In this document: positions 17,001 to 31,160 of the stretch, one piece after another | Layout: every line of letters starts with the position of its first letter | How positions within the stretch are numbered: position 1 is the first letter of the stretch | Assembly (NCBI GenBank): GCA_964016885.1 | Contig: OZ024743.1 | Location: forward strand, 253,022,001-253,086,000 | DNA from: Eledone cirrhosa | Lineage: Eukaryota | Reading direction: 5' to 3' | DNA length: 64,000 bases | Program-made: the position numbers and the translations under genes | The notes under the pieces: generated by a model | Told to the model about the DNA's origin: nothing | Database searches by the model: none | The model's input: the letters and a program-made list of their open reading frames with translations, nothing else

Positions 17001-19440
17001 ATAACATCAACACTACCACCACAACCCTCACCACTACTAATAACATCAACACTACCACCACAACCATCACCAGTACTAATAACATCACTACTACCACCAC
17101 AACCATCACCAGTACTGACAACATCAACACTACCACCACAACCATCACCACTACAAATAACATCAACACTACCACCTCAACCATCACCACTACTAATAAC
17201 ATCACTACTACCACCACAACCATCACCAGTACTAACAACATCAACACTACCACCAAAAATATCACCACTACTAATAACATCAACACTCCCACCACACCCA
17301 TCACCACTACTAAGAACATCAACACTACCACCACAACCATCACCACCACTAATAACATCAACTCTACCACCACAACCATCACCACTACTAATAACATCAA
17401 CACTACCACCACAACCATCACCACTACTAACAACATCAACACTACCACCACAACCATCACCACTACTAATAACATCAACACTACCACCACAACCATCACC
17501 ATTACTAATAACATCAACACTCCCACCACAACCATCACCACTACTAATAACATCAACACTACCACCACAACTATCACCACTACTAATAACATCAACACTA
17601 CCACCACAAACATCACCACTACTAATAACATGAACACTACCACCACAACCATCACCACTAATAACATCAACACTAACACCACAACCATCACCACTACTAA
17701 TGACATCAACACTACCACCACAACCATCACCACTACTAATGACATCAACACTACCACCACAACCATCACCACTACTAATAACATCAACACTACCACCACA
17801 ACCATCAACACTACTAATAACATCAACACTACCACCACAACCATCACCACTACTAATAACATCAACACTACCACCACAACCATCACCACTACTAATGACG
17901 TCAACACTACCACCACAACCCTCACCACTACTAATAACATCAACACTCCCACCACAACCATCACCAGTACTAATAACATCAACACTCCCACCACAACCAT
18001 CACCACTACTAATAACATCAACACTACCACCACAACCATCACCACTACTAATAACATCAAGACTACCACCACAACCATCACCACTAATAACATCAACACT
18101 ACCACCACAACCATCACCACTACTAATAACATCAACACTACCACCATAACCATCACCACTACTAACAACATCAACTCTACCACCACAACCATCACCACTA
18201 CTAATAACATCAACACTCCCACCACAACCATCACCACTACTAACAACATCAACACTACCACCACAACCATCACCACTACTAACAACATCAACTCTACCAC
18301 CACAACCATCACCACTACTAATAACATCAACACTACCACAACAACCATCACCACTACTAATAACATCAACACTACCACCACAACCATCACCACTACTAAT
18401 AACATCAACACTACCACCACAACCATCACCACTACTAATAACATCAACACTACCACCACAACCATCACCACTACTAATAACATCAACACTCCCACCACAA
18501 CCATCAACATAAATAACATCAACACTACCACCACAACCATCACCACTACTAATAACATCAACACTACCACCACAACCATCTACACTACTAATAACATCAA
18601 CACTACCACCACAAACCACCTACACTACTAATAACATCAACACTACCACCACAACCATCTACACTACTAATAACATCAACACTACCACCACAAACCACCT
18701 ACACTACTAATAACATCAACACTACCACCACAACCATCACCACTACTAATAACATCAACACTACCACCACAACCATCTACACTACTAACAACATCAACAC
18801 TACCACCACAACCATCTACACTACTAATAACATCAACACTACCACCACAAACCACCTACACTACTAATAACATCAACACTACCACCACAACCAATAACAC
18901 TACTAATAACATCAACACTACCACCACAACCATCACCACTACTAACAACGTCACCACTACCTCCACAACCATCACCACTACTAATAAAATCAACACTACC
19001 ACCACAACTATCTACACTACTAACAACATCACCACTACCACCACAACCATCACCACTACTAACAACATCAACACTACCACTACAACCATCACCACTACTA
19101 ATAACATCAACACTACCACCACAACCATCACCACTACTAATAACATCAACACTACCATCACAACCAATAACACTACTAACAATGCCACCAATACCACCAC
19201 AACCATCACTACTACTAATAACATCAACACTACCACCACAACTATCACCACTACTAAAAACATCAACACTACCATCACAACCATCAACACTACTAACAAC
19301 GTCACCGCTAGCATCATCACTACTAAAAACATCAACACTACCACCACTACTAACAGCATGAACACTACCACCACTACCATCACCACTACTAATAATACCA
19401 ACACTACCATCACCACTACTAACAGCCTAAACCCACCATT
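2030..19440 (+). repeat. Large tandem array of a 39-bp unit (AACATCAACACTACCACCACAACCATCACCACTACTAAT), roughly 430 units, with higher-order repeats
   Basis: The unit is directly visible from ~2390 to ~19300 with degenerate edges. 36-bp and 21-bp variants occur. Diagnostic variants recur at offsets of 4620, 2037, 2466 and ~13320 bp. Confidence 0.97.
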
Positions 19441-19561
19441 ACTAACAGCAATATTAAATCCAACAGTGAACTGAACGCATTTTATCAAAGTACTAACATA
19501 ACAATTAACAAGGTGTACTGGGTGCATTCTATCATTAATCCAGCAGTAGAGAACTTGACGC

Positions 19562-19742
19562 ATGTTATCGGTAGAGGGTCGGACGCCATGCTTTGAAGCA
19601 TAAAGTTACCTTCCTTTATGATCTGAGTTCAAATCCCGCCGAGGTTAACTTTACCTTTCATCCTTACGGGGTCGATAAAATAAAGTACTAGTAATGCACT
19701 GGGTCATTGCTGGCCTTGTGCCAAAAGTAGGAACAATTATAT
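19562..19742 (+). mobile_element. tRNA-derived SINE, family A (Meta-like core)
   Basis: B-box GAGTTCAAATCC, core CTTTCATCCTTACGGGGTCGATAAAATAAAGTAC and ATT tail; close to the copy at 59397. Confidence 0.85.
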
Positions 19743-19829
19743 TGTCTCTATTCGATTTCGATTTCCAAACATTGTAGCCTCTGATCTCTCAGCGTTTATC
19801 TTTAGTGCCATAGTGATTGTACTGGTGGA

Positions 19830-20180
19830 AAAGAATTTTGTATTATGACCTATCATGTTTAGTTTCCTGAGTTCATCCTTCATAACTTCGTTCCATATGA
19901 TCCTAGGTCTCTGCCGATTCCAACCATCTCGGGCAAACAGCACTTCATACAACGCTTGCTCGTCTTATGCCTCACATTACTATACCAGGGCAATTGTCTC
20001 TCTTGCATTCTATTCCTCTTATAATCAACTTTCCACTCAGCTCACTTGCGTTTTGTCATCTACACACTTATATTACACATAGAATAAAGCATTCATATAT
20101 TTATTTTAACCACTGCAAATCTCTTTTCAAGGCGCACAACGTGCAACCATGCAGTATTAGTGTTTCAACATTCGTCTCTT
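19830..20180 (-). pseudogene. Decayed 3' end of an RTE-like LINE ORF
   Basis: Minus-strand peptide RQRPRIIWNEVMKDELRKL resembles the GRPxxxW..D C-terminal motif of RTE elements; the frame is broken. Confidence 0.45.
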
Positions 20181-20625
20181 ACTCCACTGGACAGCGTTTT
20201 TGTTTGTTAGACGCTGTGACACCGGCTGGGACTGCAGAACCGTTGGTAGGAGTCGAAACTGCCAAAGTACATGTCAACGGCCGATGACTCTGGGGTTATC
20301 TGTTTCTTGTTTGATTTTTATTTATTTATTTTTAATTTTCAAGGTTTCCCCTTAAAAATTGATTTTTCGTTTTGCCATGATTTCGTTCGCTGTCTTATCC
20401 TCTCTGTTAATTTTCTTATGTTTATATGTGATGCTGCTACGACCAGAAGCTGCAGCTGCTGCTGCTACTACTTCTACTGCTGCTACTACTACTACTACTA
20501 CTACTACAGTGGGTTTAACTTTGGTTCTGCTGGTATCATGGACAGATACAACCGCTAGTATTCAGTATTGAACTCTGTTGGTAATTAGCTCCGTCGGCCC
20601 GGATTACGTGAGTTTTCTTAAATGT

Positions 20626-20943
<318 letters not shown>

Positions 20944-20993
20944 ACTGCATATATATATGATAAGAGAGACGGTTTTATTCGCACATTTTTATT

Positions 20994-21068
20994 TTATTCA
21001 TTATACGCATTTCAAAGACGTAAGGTAGTTATATAATAAACAACTTACATGTTCTCTTCAGACAAACG
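20994..21068 (-). ncRNA. Type I hammerhead ribozyme motif in a Penelope-like 3' fragment
   Basis: Minus strand: CTGAAGA-(GAACATGTAAG...CTTACGTCTTT)-GAAA-TGCGTA-TA with a weak stem I. Upstream remnant IEESLL..(L)NRRE resembles a GIY-YIG C-terminus. Confidence 0.65.
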
Positions 21069-21289
21069 AGATGTAATTTTCCATTGCCATGCTACCAGTC
21101 CGACGTGTTATTAACCTCACCGACCAAAAATCGTGGCGAGCTTCACGTCTGTTTAAGAATAAGGCAGATTGTCCATCAACAAACTTTCTTCAATTGAATA
21201 ATATATATATGTGTGCGCGTGCGTTTGTGTGTGTGTGTGAAGACACATCGTTGGAGCTTCGGACTTTCAATTTGCGTTGTGTTATCATG

Positions 21290-21660
21290 TGCCCCCGCAC
21301 CTACTCATTGTGTGCTATATAATAACCACTCATTAATTGGTGTGCCATATAATGACCCTATAACCTCCCTTGGTGGGCTATAGAGTGCCCGTCCTTGATC
21401 CCTTTGTGGGTCATCCTGTGGCGCCGCTCCTACTCATGGTGTGCTATATAATACCCACTCATTAATTGGTGTGCCATACAATGCCCCTCCGTCTCTCCTT
21501 AGTGCATAATATAGTACACCATCTTTGGCATGCATCTAGTGCCCATTACTCCTCATTTGGTGTGCCAACCGATGTCTCTCCCTCTTCCCTTGGCATGCAA
21601 TCCAATTCCACTCCCTCCTCCCTTAGTGTGTCATCCAGTACCCCTCTCTCTCCTTTGGTC
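21290..21660 (-). repeat. Degenerate minisatellite related to 283-742, inverted
   Basis: Repeated GTGTGCCATATAATG-CCC core. 21315-21390 aligns specifically with 285-360. Confidence 0.8.
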
Positions 21661-21881
21661 ATGGGCCCAGCTTCCACTTGCATATAAATCAGATTCATAT
21701 GACATAGTTGATGTGATCTGCATTGACAGACAAAGTATTTTCCATGTTCATTCAAGTTACTGCACTGACCACACTAAAATGACAAGGGTGTGAATGTTAG
21801 TGTTCAGTGTTGTGTAGTGATAATGTAATACACAACATGTAATACATGTAATATACAAACAAGGTAAAATATGGTTCATTA

Positions 21882-22520
21882 ATAATAATCTTTCTGATTT
21901 AGGCACAAAACTAACACTTTTGGGGGAGGGGAAAATCGATTAAATCGACCCAGTGCATTACTGGTACTTTATTTTATCGAACCCGTAGGGATGAAAGGCA
22001 AAGCTAACCTCGGCAGGAATTAAACTCATAATGTAAAGGGCCTTAACTCCATGCCACAAAGCATGTTTTACCAATTTTGCCAATTCAACGCCCTTGGTTC
22101 GTCAATAATAATGGTTTCTTATATAGGCACAAAACCAGCAATTTGGGGGAAGGGGAAAGTCGATTATATCGACCCAAGTGCGTGACTGGTACTTTATTTT
22201 ATCGACCCCATAAGTATGAAAGGCAAAGTTAACCTCGGCGGGATTTGAACTCAAATCATAAAGGTCCGTAAAGCATGTTGTCCGACGCTCTACCAATTTT
22301 GACAATTCAATAATAATTGGTTCTTATATTGACACAAGGCCAATAATTTTGGGAGAGGAGAAAGTCCATTAAATCGACCCCAGTGCGTGACTGATACTTT
22401 ATTTTATCGACCTCGTAAGGATGAAAGACAAAGTTAACCTCGGCGGAATTTGAACTCAGATCAGAAAGGGCCGAAAAGCATGTTGTCCCACGCTCTACCA
22501 ATTTTGCCAATTTAATAATA
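21882..22520 (-). mobile_element. Three head-to-tail family A SINEs
   Basis: Three copies of CTTTATTTTATCGAC...GATGAAAG.CAAAG.TAACCTCGGC.GGA(T)TTGAACTC, each starting at an AAT run (~21882, ~22104, ~22308). Confidence 0.9.
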
Positions 22521-23269
22521 ATGAGAACTGTGTGAATTAATATCCATTTTTAAATTTATTCTCATTAACATTATATAACTACACAGAAAAACTTATATAC
22601 GTGTTCTATTTGACACTAATTACAGAGAAAGTAAATTAAAGGGACATATGTACGTTTATATGTGATGTAAAGATGCGCGTGGAAGAAATTATAAATACTT
22701 TGATAGAATATACCTATTTATATTAACGACACATAAATGTTAATGCCTGAAAGAATATATTTAACACAAGACAAATATTGACGGGGACAAAAACTTGCAA
22801 AATATGATTACAACATTCATTAAATTGAGAGAAAGTATTATATCTCTTCTCAATGAATTGATCCTTAACACTCCTTTTATAACTTGTCTCAATATGTCGC
22901 TGTACAGTTATTACAGGGTAAGAAATAGTGAGGGGAGGGGGAGAAACCACTTACGTAATGTGCCCATAGGTAAAAGGAATCTACTTTATATAACAGTCCA
23001 AATTCATCAGTCTAATCGCAATATGTATGTATGTCCTAAAATTGAACTGAACAGTCAAGAAAAAATGTATTATGCAGCAATTGTGAACATATAAGAGGCC
23101 AACGTTAGCATGAAATTACATGACGAGGAAAAAATGCATATAATTAAATGTTTGACAGTGAAGTCAAACAATGTATGACAAAAATAGCCACTTAGATCTC
23201 CATGGAGTAAAAGATACGCTGAGAGGAAAAGTTGAGCTACTAATCCTGCTTCGTCTTGTAAAAATATCG

Positions 23270-23442
23270 AGGACAGTGTTTCACTACATTGTTAGATGGT
23301 GACCACGGATGGATTAGAAGTACCATCGGTTGTGGTCGAAACTGTGCATCCATCTTGACAGTTAGTGACCATGGAGTTGGTACTTTTTATTAACCAATAT
23401 TACAGCATTACCCATGGTGCACGTGACTGAAATTTATCCTCG
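23270..23442 (+). repeat. Degenerate hammerhead/pLTR-like repeat, homologous to 20188-20300
   Basis: Both loci share GGACAG.GTTT...TGTTAGA.G..TGAC....GTCGAAACTG....CAT.T..AC.G...TGAC..TGG.GTT. Stem GACCAC/GTGGTC precedes GAAA, but the core is damaged. Confidence 0.5.
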
Positions 23443-23470
23443 TTAAAAATACATACATACATACTTGCAC

Positions 23471-23553
<83 letters not shown>

Positions 23554-23801
23554 CGCATATAACGAGGAATTAGAAGGTGGTAGGAGACGATAGAAGGTTA
23601 GGGTGGAGGAGGTGGTGTAGGTGGAGTTAGTAGTAATGGTGAAGGTTGATGGTAGGGATAGTGATGGTGATGGTGGAGATGGTGAGTTACCACCATGGAA
23701 ATGTAATGAAGAGCTCAACCCTACATCAATCAATGTCATTTACTGCACTTCAAACTCCTTCAGCAACATAAGAGTGATATGTATACACACACACACACAC
23801 A

Positions 23802-23866
<65 letters not shown>

Positions 23867-24601
23867 ACGTGTACACAAACACACACACACATGCGTGAGC
23901 ACTTAAGTGCTTTCGTCCAGATTTTCATGCTTTTTTGGTCCATTTTAAAATTATATTTGTATAAAATATTAAAAAACAATTTCTTCTAGCTTCCTTCTTT
24001 GTCCTTCAAATTGTAACCTTCTGACAGTATATTTACATTATGCCATATATGTATATATGTATATAATTATATTATATTTTTAAGTAAGTTAATACACGAA
24101 ACAAAAGGACTACCTAAGGTTTCAAGGCCCAATAATGGCTATATCCCCAGAATGAAACAAGGATCGAAATTATGAGCTAATCTTCAGGCGCTTATATGAG
24201 TTTATATGTACCGTTGGTGAAAGGAATATAGTTGGTGTGATATTGTGGTTATCGATATGTATGGTTTTATTATTAGTGTTGTTGTTGTTGCTATCATCTT
24301 TTTTGTTTAGAATTTCAAGAACTGGTTTTCATCGCTGGTGTGTTTGTTCTATTTTCCCCGTTATTCAACCATAAGATTTGAAATTTTGTTATTGTTTTGA
24401 AATGAAGGGAGCCAATATCTTAGTGAGGAGGGTAGTTTAGCTCTACCCGAAGGCCTTAGTGGTTAACTTGGACTTGCTTTTCAAACAAGACGCTCAATTT
24501 TCTGGAAACATTAAGATGACGGTCAAAGATATTGACTCTGCAAAGCGGCGGAAAAACGGGCTGTCCATAGAGTGGAACAGCAAACAATTCTGAAAACAAC
24601 G

Positions 24602-24638
<37 letters not shown>

Positions 24639-25411
24639 GCAAAACGCATCTCCTGCGAACAAAGTAGACTTTCCGGTTCTGCCAATGTTGACCAGATCAA
24701 AGAGAGAGAAATAAAATGCGCCCTCTCGGCATCAAGTTACCACTAGAAAGGAGATCAAAAGCATTGGCCGCGGAGGTGGTAGCAAGCATGAGCGGTGCGT
24801 AGGAGAACGGTGAGAGAAAGAAAAGAAGCATTAAAGAGAGGAAGAATGAAAGAAGAGAAAAGGGAAGAAGGAAAGAAATAGCCAACGAATCTCAGACCAT
24901 AGTACTCCTCCAAAGCAGAAAGCTAATTTGGCTTATGCGTCTGTCTGTCTATCTAATTTGTTTTTTCACGCAAACATCATACTAACAAAAATACTTATTT
25001 TTCTGTTGCACAAGTCGACAATTTTACGTGGTGCTCTTAAGTTAAATTATGTGAAACCAAAGTCGGTGTAAGAGCTGATGAGGTATATAAAAATGTTTGT
25101 CTGATCTTGTCTCATCTATTTTCATTCTTTCTCCTTTCTTTCTAATAATTCTGCTGGCCAACACACTTCTAGCCCTTTTGAAGTAAATTTTACTCGACGA
25201 TCTCATTGACGGCATTTTGCTGTCTTCTCAGCTTCACAATTTCCCTGAGTTGAATCCTTCTCATTATTCTGCTAAATCTACTACACCGACGCTTCAAACA
25301 CAATCTTCGGGAAAACTCTGTTTATCAACATGAATGGACATGTTATTTTTATCTAAATACATGTTTTCCAATTCCAACCCGCCCGTCCCCTAAATTTATC
25401 TTATTTCTCAC

Positions 25412-25455
25412 TTTTTCTTCTGACGAAGTCCTAGCGTCCGAAACGTTAAGACCCT
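25412..25455 (+). ncRNA. Minimal hammerhead ribozyme motif with degenerate stem II
   Basis: TCTT-CTGACGA-AGTCCTAGCGTCC-GAAA-CG-TT-AAGA, with stem I TCTT/AAGA. Confidence 0.55.
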
Positions 25456-26039
25456 CTTCCTGCTATTTCAAGGGCTAACCTAATATATTCCTTCCATATA
25501 CTGTACCGATTGTGTTGTTATTTCTGTTTACCTTTTACATACGCACACACATATATATATATTTATTAAAATAACAGATTAAAGTTTAAGCAAAGAATCG
25601 TAAATTTATTATTATTACTATATATATATATATATATATATGTATATAACATACAGTATATATATATAAGTATGTATACGTACATACATATATATATATA
25701 CACTAATTTATATAGACACATTCTTATCTAACCGGCAGCTTGTATACATCAAACATGTCAGTTATATGACTTATTAATCATATTAAAAGATATATTTAAA
25801 TATCTATTATGTGTCTAAACCCTTTCTATGTAACTATATTTGGTAGAACCATGAACATAATTATCATCTATAGCCAATATTTATTAAAATTGTGGCTTTG
25901 ATCAGTATCACCATCACCATCGTCTTACATTATGCGGAGCCCCCTAATGTTGTAGTGTAGTTCCTTTGCGCCGCTGCGACAAAAGACCTCAGTCCACACT
26001 CTAAGGTAGTAGTGCGGGAGTCACGATACTTCCCCCCCC

Positions 26040-26480
26040 ATTATTTGGTTACGAACGGCATACATTCATGGAAACCATGTTTCCAATACACGTTGTAAAG
26101 TGACTGAACTTAGGAAGGGCATTCAGCGATAGAAACTATGGTCCCAGTGCATATTGCATAGTAGTTGGTGTTAGAAAGGGTATCTAAACATGGTAACCAT
26201 ATTTCCAATAGACGCTGTAAAGTGTTTTGAGGCAGGAACGGTATCCAGCTATAGAAACTATTCTCTCAGTACACGCTGTAAATGCTTGCTGTTAGGAACG
26301 GTATCCAAGTGTAGAAGCCATGCACCCAGTACACGCCGTTGGTGTAAGTAATAGCATCCACCCGTCGAAACCAAGACAAAACGAAGTGTATGAGCAGGAC
26401 ACATTCAGCTGACATGTCAGAACGCCGCGGATGACAGCCGTATAACACCTACAAACATGGAAAATAGATGTTATGTGGTA
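26040..26480 (+). repeat. About 6 tandem ~60-bp units derived from a retroposon segment (GTTAGGAAGGGCATCCAGC motif)
   Basis: TACACGCTGTAAAG...TAGGAA(G/C)GG(C/T)AT(C)CAG..GTAGAAAC recurs every ~60 bp. The same motif is dispersed at ~32870 and ~46030. Confidence 0.75.
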
Positions 26481-26720
26481 ATAATGGTAATTAATGGGTC
26501 GTTGCTGTCCAGAGCAAGACGAGACAGACAGCCACCAATTCGTTGTATATTGACAGAACAAGAAGATGAGGTAAAATGAACAAGATCAACACAAAGAAGA
26601 GACACAGAGGAGCAAGCATAGTCATTGTGTAGGTGACAGAGTGTGTGACTAATGAGTTTTGACAATTATATATAATAACAATAATTGTTTCTACTTTTGG
26701 CGCAATAATAATAATAATAA

Positions 26721-26990
26721 TAATACAAGGACGATTTGTTAAGCCTTCATTATATTTATTGATTAGTGACGCGCGTTTCACTATGGATCAGCTCAAGGTT
26801 CGATCTGCATCGATCTGGCCCGACTCTGGAATCGAAAGCTCGTCGGGCTGTTGTAATTACAGAATGAAGGCTTAACAAATACTTCTTGTATTACACACTG
26901 TTTAGCTCTACACTTCGCCACTGACGTGAACCTAAATATCGAGTGCTCACCAGGGTGAACTTACTGTAGTTTCACGTTACACTCCCTGGA
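26721..26990 (+). mobile_element. Foldback element: 31-bp inverted arms plus GAGTGCT tail, Penelope pLTR-like
   Basis: Arms 26721-26751 and 26863-26893; GAAA-palindrome-GTC remnants inside; tail motif at 26941. Confidence 0.6.
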
Positions 26991-27346
26991 TATATATAGC
27001 CCACTTTTGAGCAAGAAAGATGGAAAAATCCTACTCCAACACTTAATTTTAATTTTAAATCTTTAATTTTTAGTTTTTAACACCTCTTAATTCATTTTAA
27101 TTTTTAATTTCAATACTCAACATTTGAAAAGATGAATATTAATAATACATCGAAACCGGTAATACTTTATATACATTATATACATTATAAAGTACCAGTA
27201 ATATACTGGGGTAATTGCTGGCCTAGTGCCAAAAGTAGACATAATTATATACATTATAAAACATTTTTTAAAAAGAATTGTCCCTCTCATTTTTCAATAA
27301 TGTCACTTTGATAAAAGAAAGGATAAAAAAAAAAAAAGCAAAACAG

Positions 27347-27414
27347 ACCCTAAAATATAATTTCCGTGCTATTCCGGTGAAGTTGGGAATAGCACGGAAA
27401 TTATATTTTAGGGT
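27347..27414. repeat. Perfect 29-bp inverted repeat with a 10-nt loop
   Basis: ACCCTAAAATATAATTTCCGTGCTATTCC-ggtgaagttg-GGAATAGCACGGAAATTATATTTTAGGGT. Confidence 0.95.
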
Positions 27415-27555
27415 GTTCTCGTATATATATATGCGAGAAGATGAGTGGGTATTCACTTTATGTTTTAAAATCCTATTCGTGTGGAATGATTATGTAAATT
27501 TTAGTGAAGGAATAGTTTACCAAATATATTTTCTCAACGTGGCTAATGGATTCAT

Positions 27556-28161
<606 letters not shown>

Positions 28162-28189
28162 CACATAAGAGTTTAAAATACCATAGTAT

Positions 28190-28318
28190 TTAAAATATTC
28201 GATTTCAAATCCCGCCGAGGTTAACTTTGCCTTTCATCCTTACGGGGTCGATAAAATAAAGTACCAGTTATACCCTGGTATAATTTCTGGCCGTGTGCCT
28301 AAAGTAGAAACAATTAAT
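28190..28318 (+). mobile_element. 5'-truncated family A SINE
   Basis: TCAAATCCCGCCGAGGTTAACTTTGCCTTTCATCC...GTAGAAACAATT. Confidence 0.85.
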
Positions 28319-28426
28319 TAAAGGAACAATCAATACGTGAAGGCAATGTATATGTATATAACACCTACAAACATGGAAAATAGATGTTATGTGGTAATAA
28401 TGGTAATTAATGGGTCGTGGCTGTCC

Positions 28427-28471
<45 letters not shown>

Positions 28472-28842
28472 GTATCATCCTTGCTCCATCAGGCGATGAA
28501 AACTTCGTGGTAATTTCTTTGCCAAGCTCTCTGCACATATGGAATTTTCTAGAGAGAATCCTCTAGTTGTTTGCTGTTGACCTGCCTTACTTTGTTTTTG
28601 ATAGACTGTTGGCTAAATATAAACAGTTTTGCTACACCTGTCAGGATATTAAAGATATAAAGAGCTGGAATAAAAACTGCAAGGCAGTTTGTCAAACGCT
28701 CTAACAATTTTTGACTATTTACTGACCTGAATTGGACACACACACATCTGAACATTTTTGTATGTGTCTGTGTGTGTTTATATGTAGGTCTCGCCCTCTC
28801 TCTCTCTCTGAGTATATATATATATTTATATATATATATATA

Positions 28843-28916
<74 letters not shown>

Positions 28917-28941
28917 CGTATTTATACACACACGTACACCC

Positions 28942-28975
<34 letters not shown>

Positions 28976-28977
28976 TT

Positions 28978-29498
28978 AATGGTAGCTATGATGCTTCCAT
29001 AGGCGGTATGCCAGTTGAGCACTCTATGTCCTTACAGAGCAGAGTGTGATATAATATAAAACGAAAAATCAGTGATGCATCTGGACTCAATTTATTGTGT
29101 GTTACAATTGTTTCGCTGGCTGATAGCTCGTGACAGGATCATTGTATGGATCTGTCTGATTCTAGCCCTGTAGGTTCGTCGGACACTGCCAATAATTTCG
29201 GAACAAATTTTCTCACTGGGTTGTTAGCTTCAAAAAACATCTTCCTCGTTTTTCCTGCTGTTGGCTGTTGGTTTTCTACGTCATCATTAATTCTGCGTTG
29301 GACGGAGAGTAGCTGATGGACAGTTTGGCTACAACTATTGGCCAGAATTTTTGTTCCGAAATCATTGCCAGTGTCCGACGAACCTGCAGTTATAGAATCA
29401 GACAGATCCATACAATGATCGTGCCTCGAGCTGTCTGCTGGCGAAACAATTGTAACACACAATAAATTGAGTCCAGATGCATCACTGATTTTTCGTTT

Positions 29499-29508
<10 letters not shown>
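28978..29508. mobile_element. Long foldback element with ~165-bp arms, each carrying a hammerhead-like motif, and a GAGTGCT tail on the minus strand
   Basis: Arms 29049-29213 and 29344-29508; GTGT-CCGACGA...GAAA-CAATTG-TA-ACAC at 29371-29458; AGCACTC at 29018. Confidence 0.8.
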
Positions 29509-29572
<64 letters not shown>

Positions 29573-30955
29573 TGTGTGTGTGTCTATACGTACAGACACA
29601 GTGTATATTCTGTCATGGCACATACACATCAAATGTAGTCGTGCCGTTGATAGTAGTGAAGCGATTGCTCGGCTCTTTTCTGTTGAATGGTTTCTACAAC
29701 TGAATAGCAATTATATCTCAAGCCACATTATAGAGTATACTGGATGCGTTCTATCGTGGATGTAGTACAAGGGTGTCCGTCTGTCATCACACGTTTTTGG
29801 AGGTTGGGGAGTGAGTAAGATAAATATGATGTCAAGGATGTATGACATATGGGGTGGAGGTTTAAGGGAGTGATGTGGGGGAGAAAGTATGTCATTTGTG
29901 GATGACATGTATGGTACGAATTGCCCGAGGTATATGACTTCCACGGAACTAGAGCTGTATAATGAAACAACTTTAGTCCCGTAAAAGTCATTCTGTATGA
30001 AATAAATATGCTTTCGTCTCTACTAACGTATTGTGTATCTTATATAATTTTGGTTTCTTTCTGCTCTCCCTCGGAGATCAAAATTTACATATAATATAAT
30101 CCATGATTATATTATATGTAAAAAAGATGTCAACGTACATATTCTTATGTGGGTATGTATATACATATAAGAATTATTAACATCTTAGTTACCTACTTAT
30201 CTTTCTTTTTCTCTCTCTTTCTACCCTTTTCAATCTCAATCTCTTCATCTCCAAACACACAAACACACGCACAAATATTGTCGGCACCTTTCAGCTATGA
30301 ATGGCCATGGGCTTGCATATAGACTGTTTCTCTCTAAAATATATTCCCGGAAAATGTGCTTTTATGAGAGGCCAGCAGTCACATATTCATTCCATTGTCC
30401 CCTCACCAAGCCACCGATGTTTTCTAAGGAAAATACAAAGACTGATTGATACAGCTTTCCACCAGTGACTTTACCCAGGTGAGTGAGCTGGTGTAACATG
30501 AAACAAAATGTCTTTCTCAAAGACACAACGAAAACGCAACCACGTGTTTGTAGGTACAACATTAAACACTAAGACATGCACTCTCACGGCAGAAAAGGCA
30601 AGAGAAATGGAAATGAAGTGGTAGAGATGGTAGGAGAAAAGAATATATATTACTTAATATATATCGGTGAAATCCCACAAGAATTCAATATTTACTCCAG
30701 TCCTTTAGGGTTGCAAATAATTACATTTCATGCATCCTGATTAATTAGATTGCATATAAGATCCCTGTACAACTGAGCATCATCCCTATGTAAACACGCA
30801 CACATACATACACACATGCATACATACATACATATATATATATATATTTATATATATATATATATAACGGAAGTAAAGGGGATGATGATGGTGATAATGA
30901 TGATATATCTACATATATATATATTTATTATATAGATATTATATTATATATATGT

Positions 30956-30996
<41 letters not shown>

Positions 30997-31004
30997 CATA
31001 TATA

Positions 31005-31160
31005 TACGACAGATTTCTTCCGCTGCTGTGTACCAAATTTCACTCACACGGCAATGAACAAGCTTAGGTTATAATATAAAAAAAACAGTTATTCAAAGGG
31101 TCATGCAGTGGCAGTGAATTCGAAAGCATGTATTTGCAATACAAACGCCTTATCCAGACA
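31005..31160 (-). mobile_element. Old tRNA-derived SINE, family C; relatives at ~40960-41120(-) and ~57320-57480(+)
   Basis: Shared motifs ACCAAATT(T)CACT(C)ACA.G, GG.TATA.TA.AA.ACA, and CAG.GG.A.TGAA. Confidence 0.55.

Noticed and set aside
2442-18619. Long poly-Val/Leu/Met, PPQPSPLL and GDGCGGSV ORFs
   Set aside because: These are alternative-frame translations of the 39-bp unit and are repeatedly interrupted by stops.
20195-20355. Cys-rich peptide with hydrophobic tail (RCDTGWDCRTV...LIFIYLFLIF) as the C-terminal exon of a mucin
   Set aside because: The DNA is homologous to the degenerate repeat at 23270-23380, and the hydrophobic tail comes from a T-rich tract.
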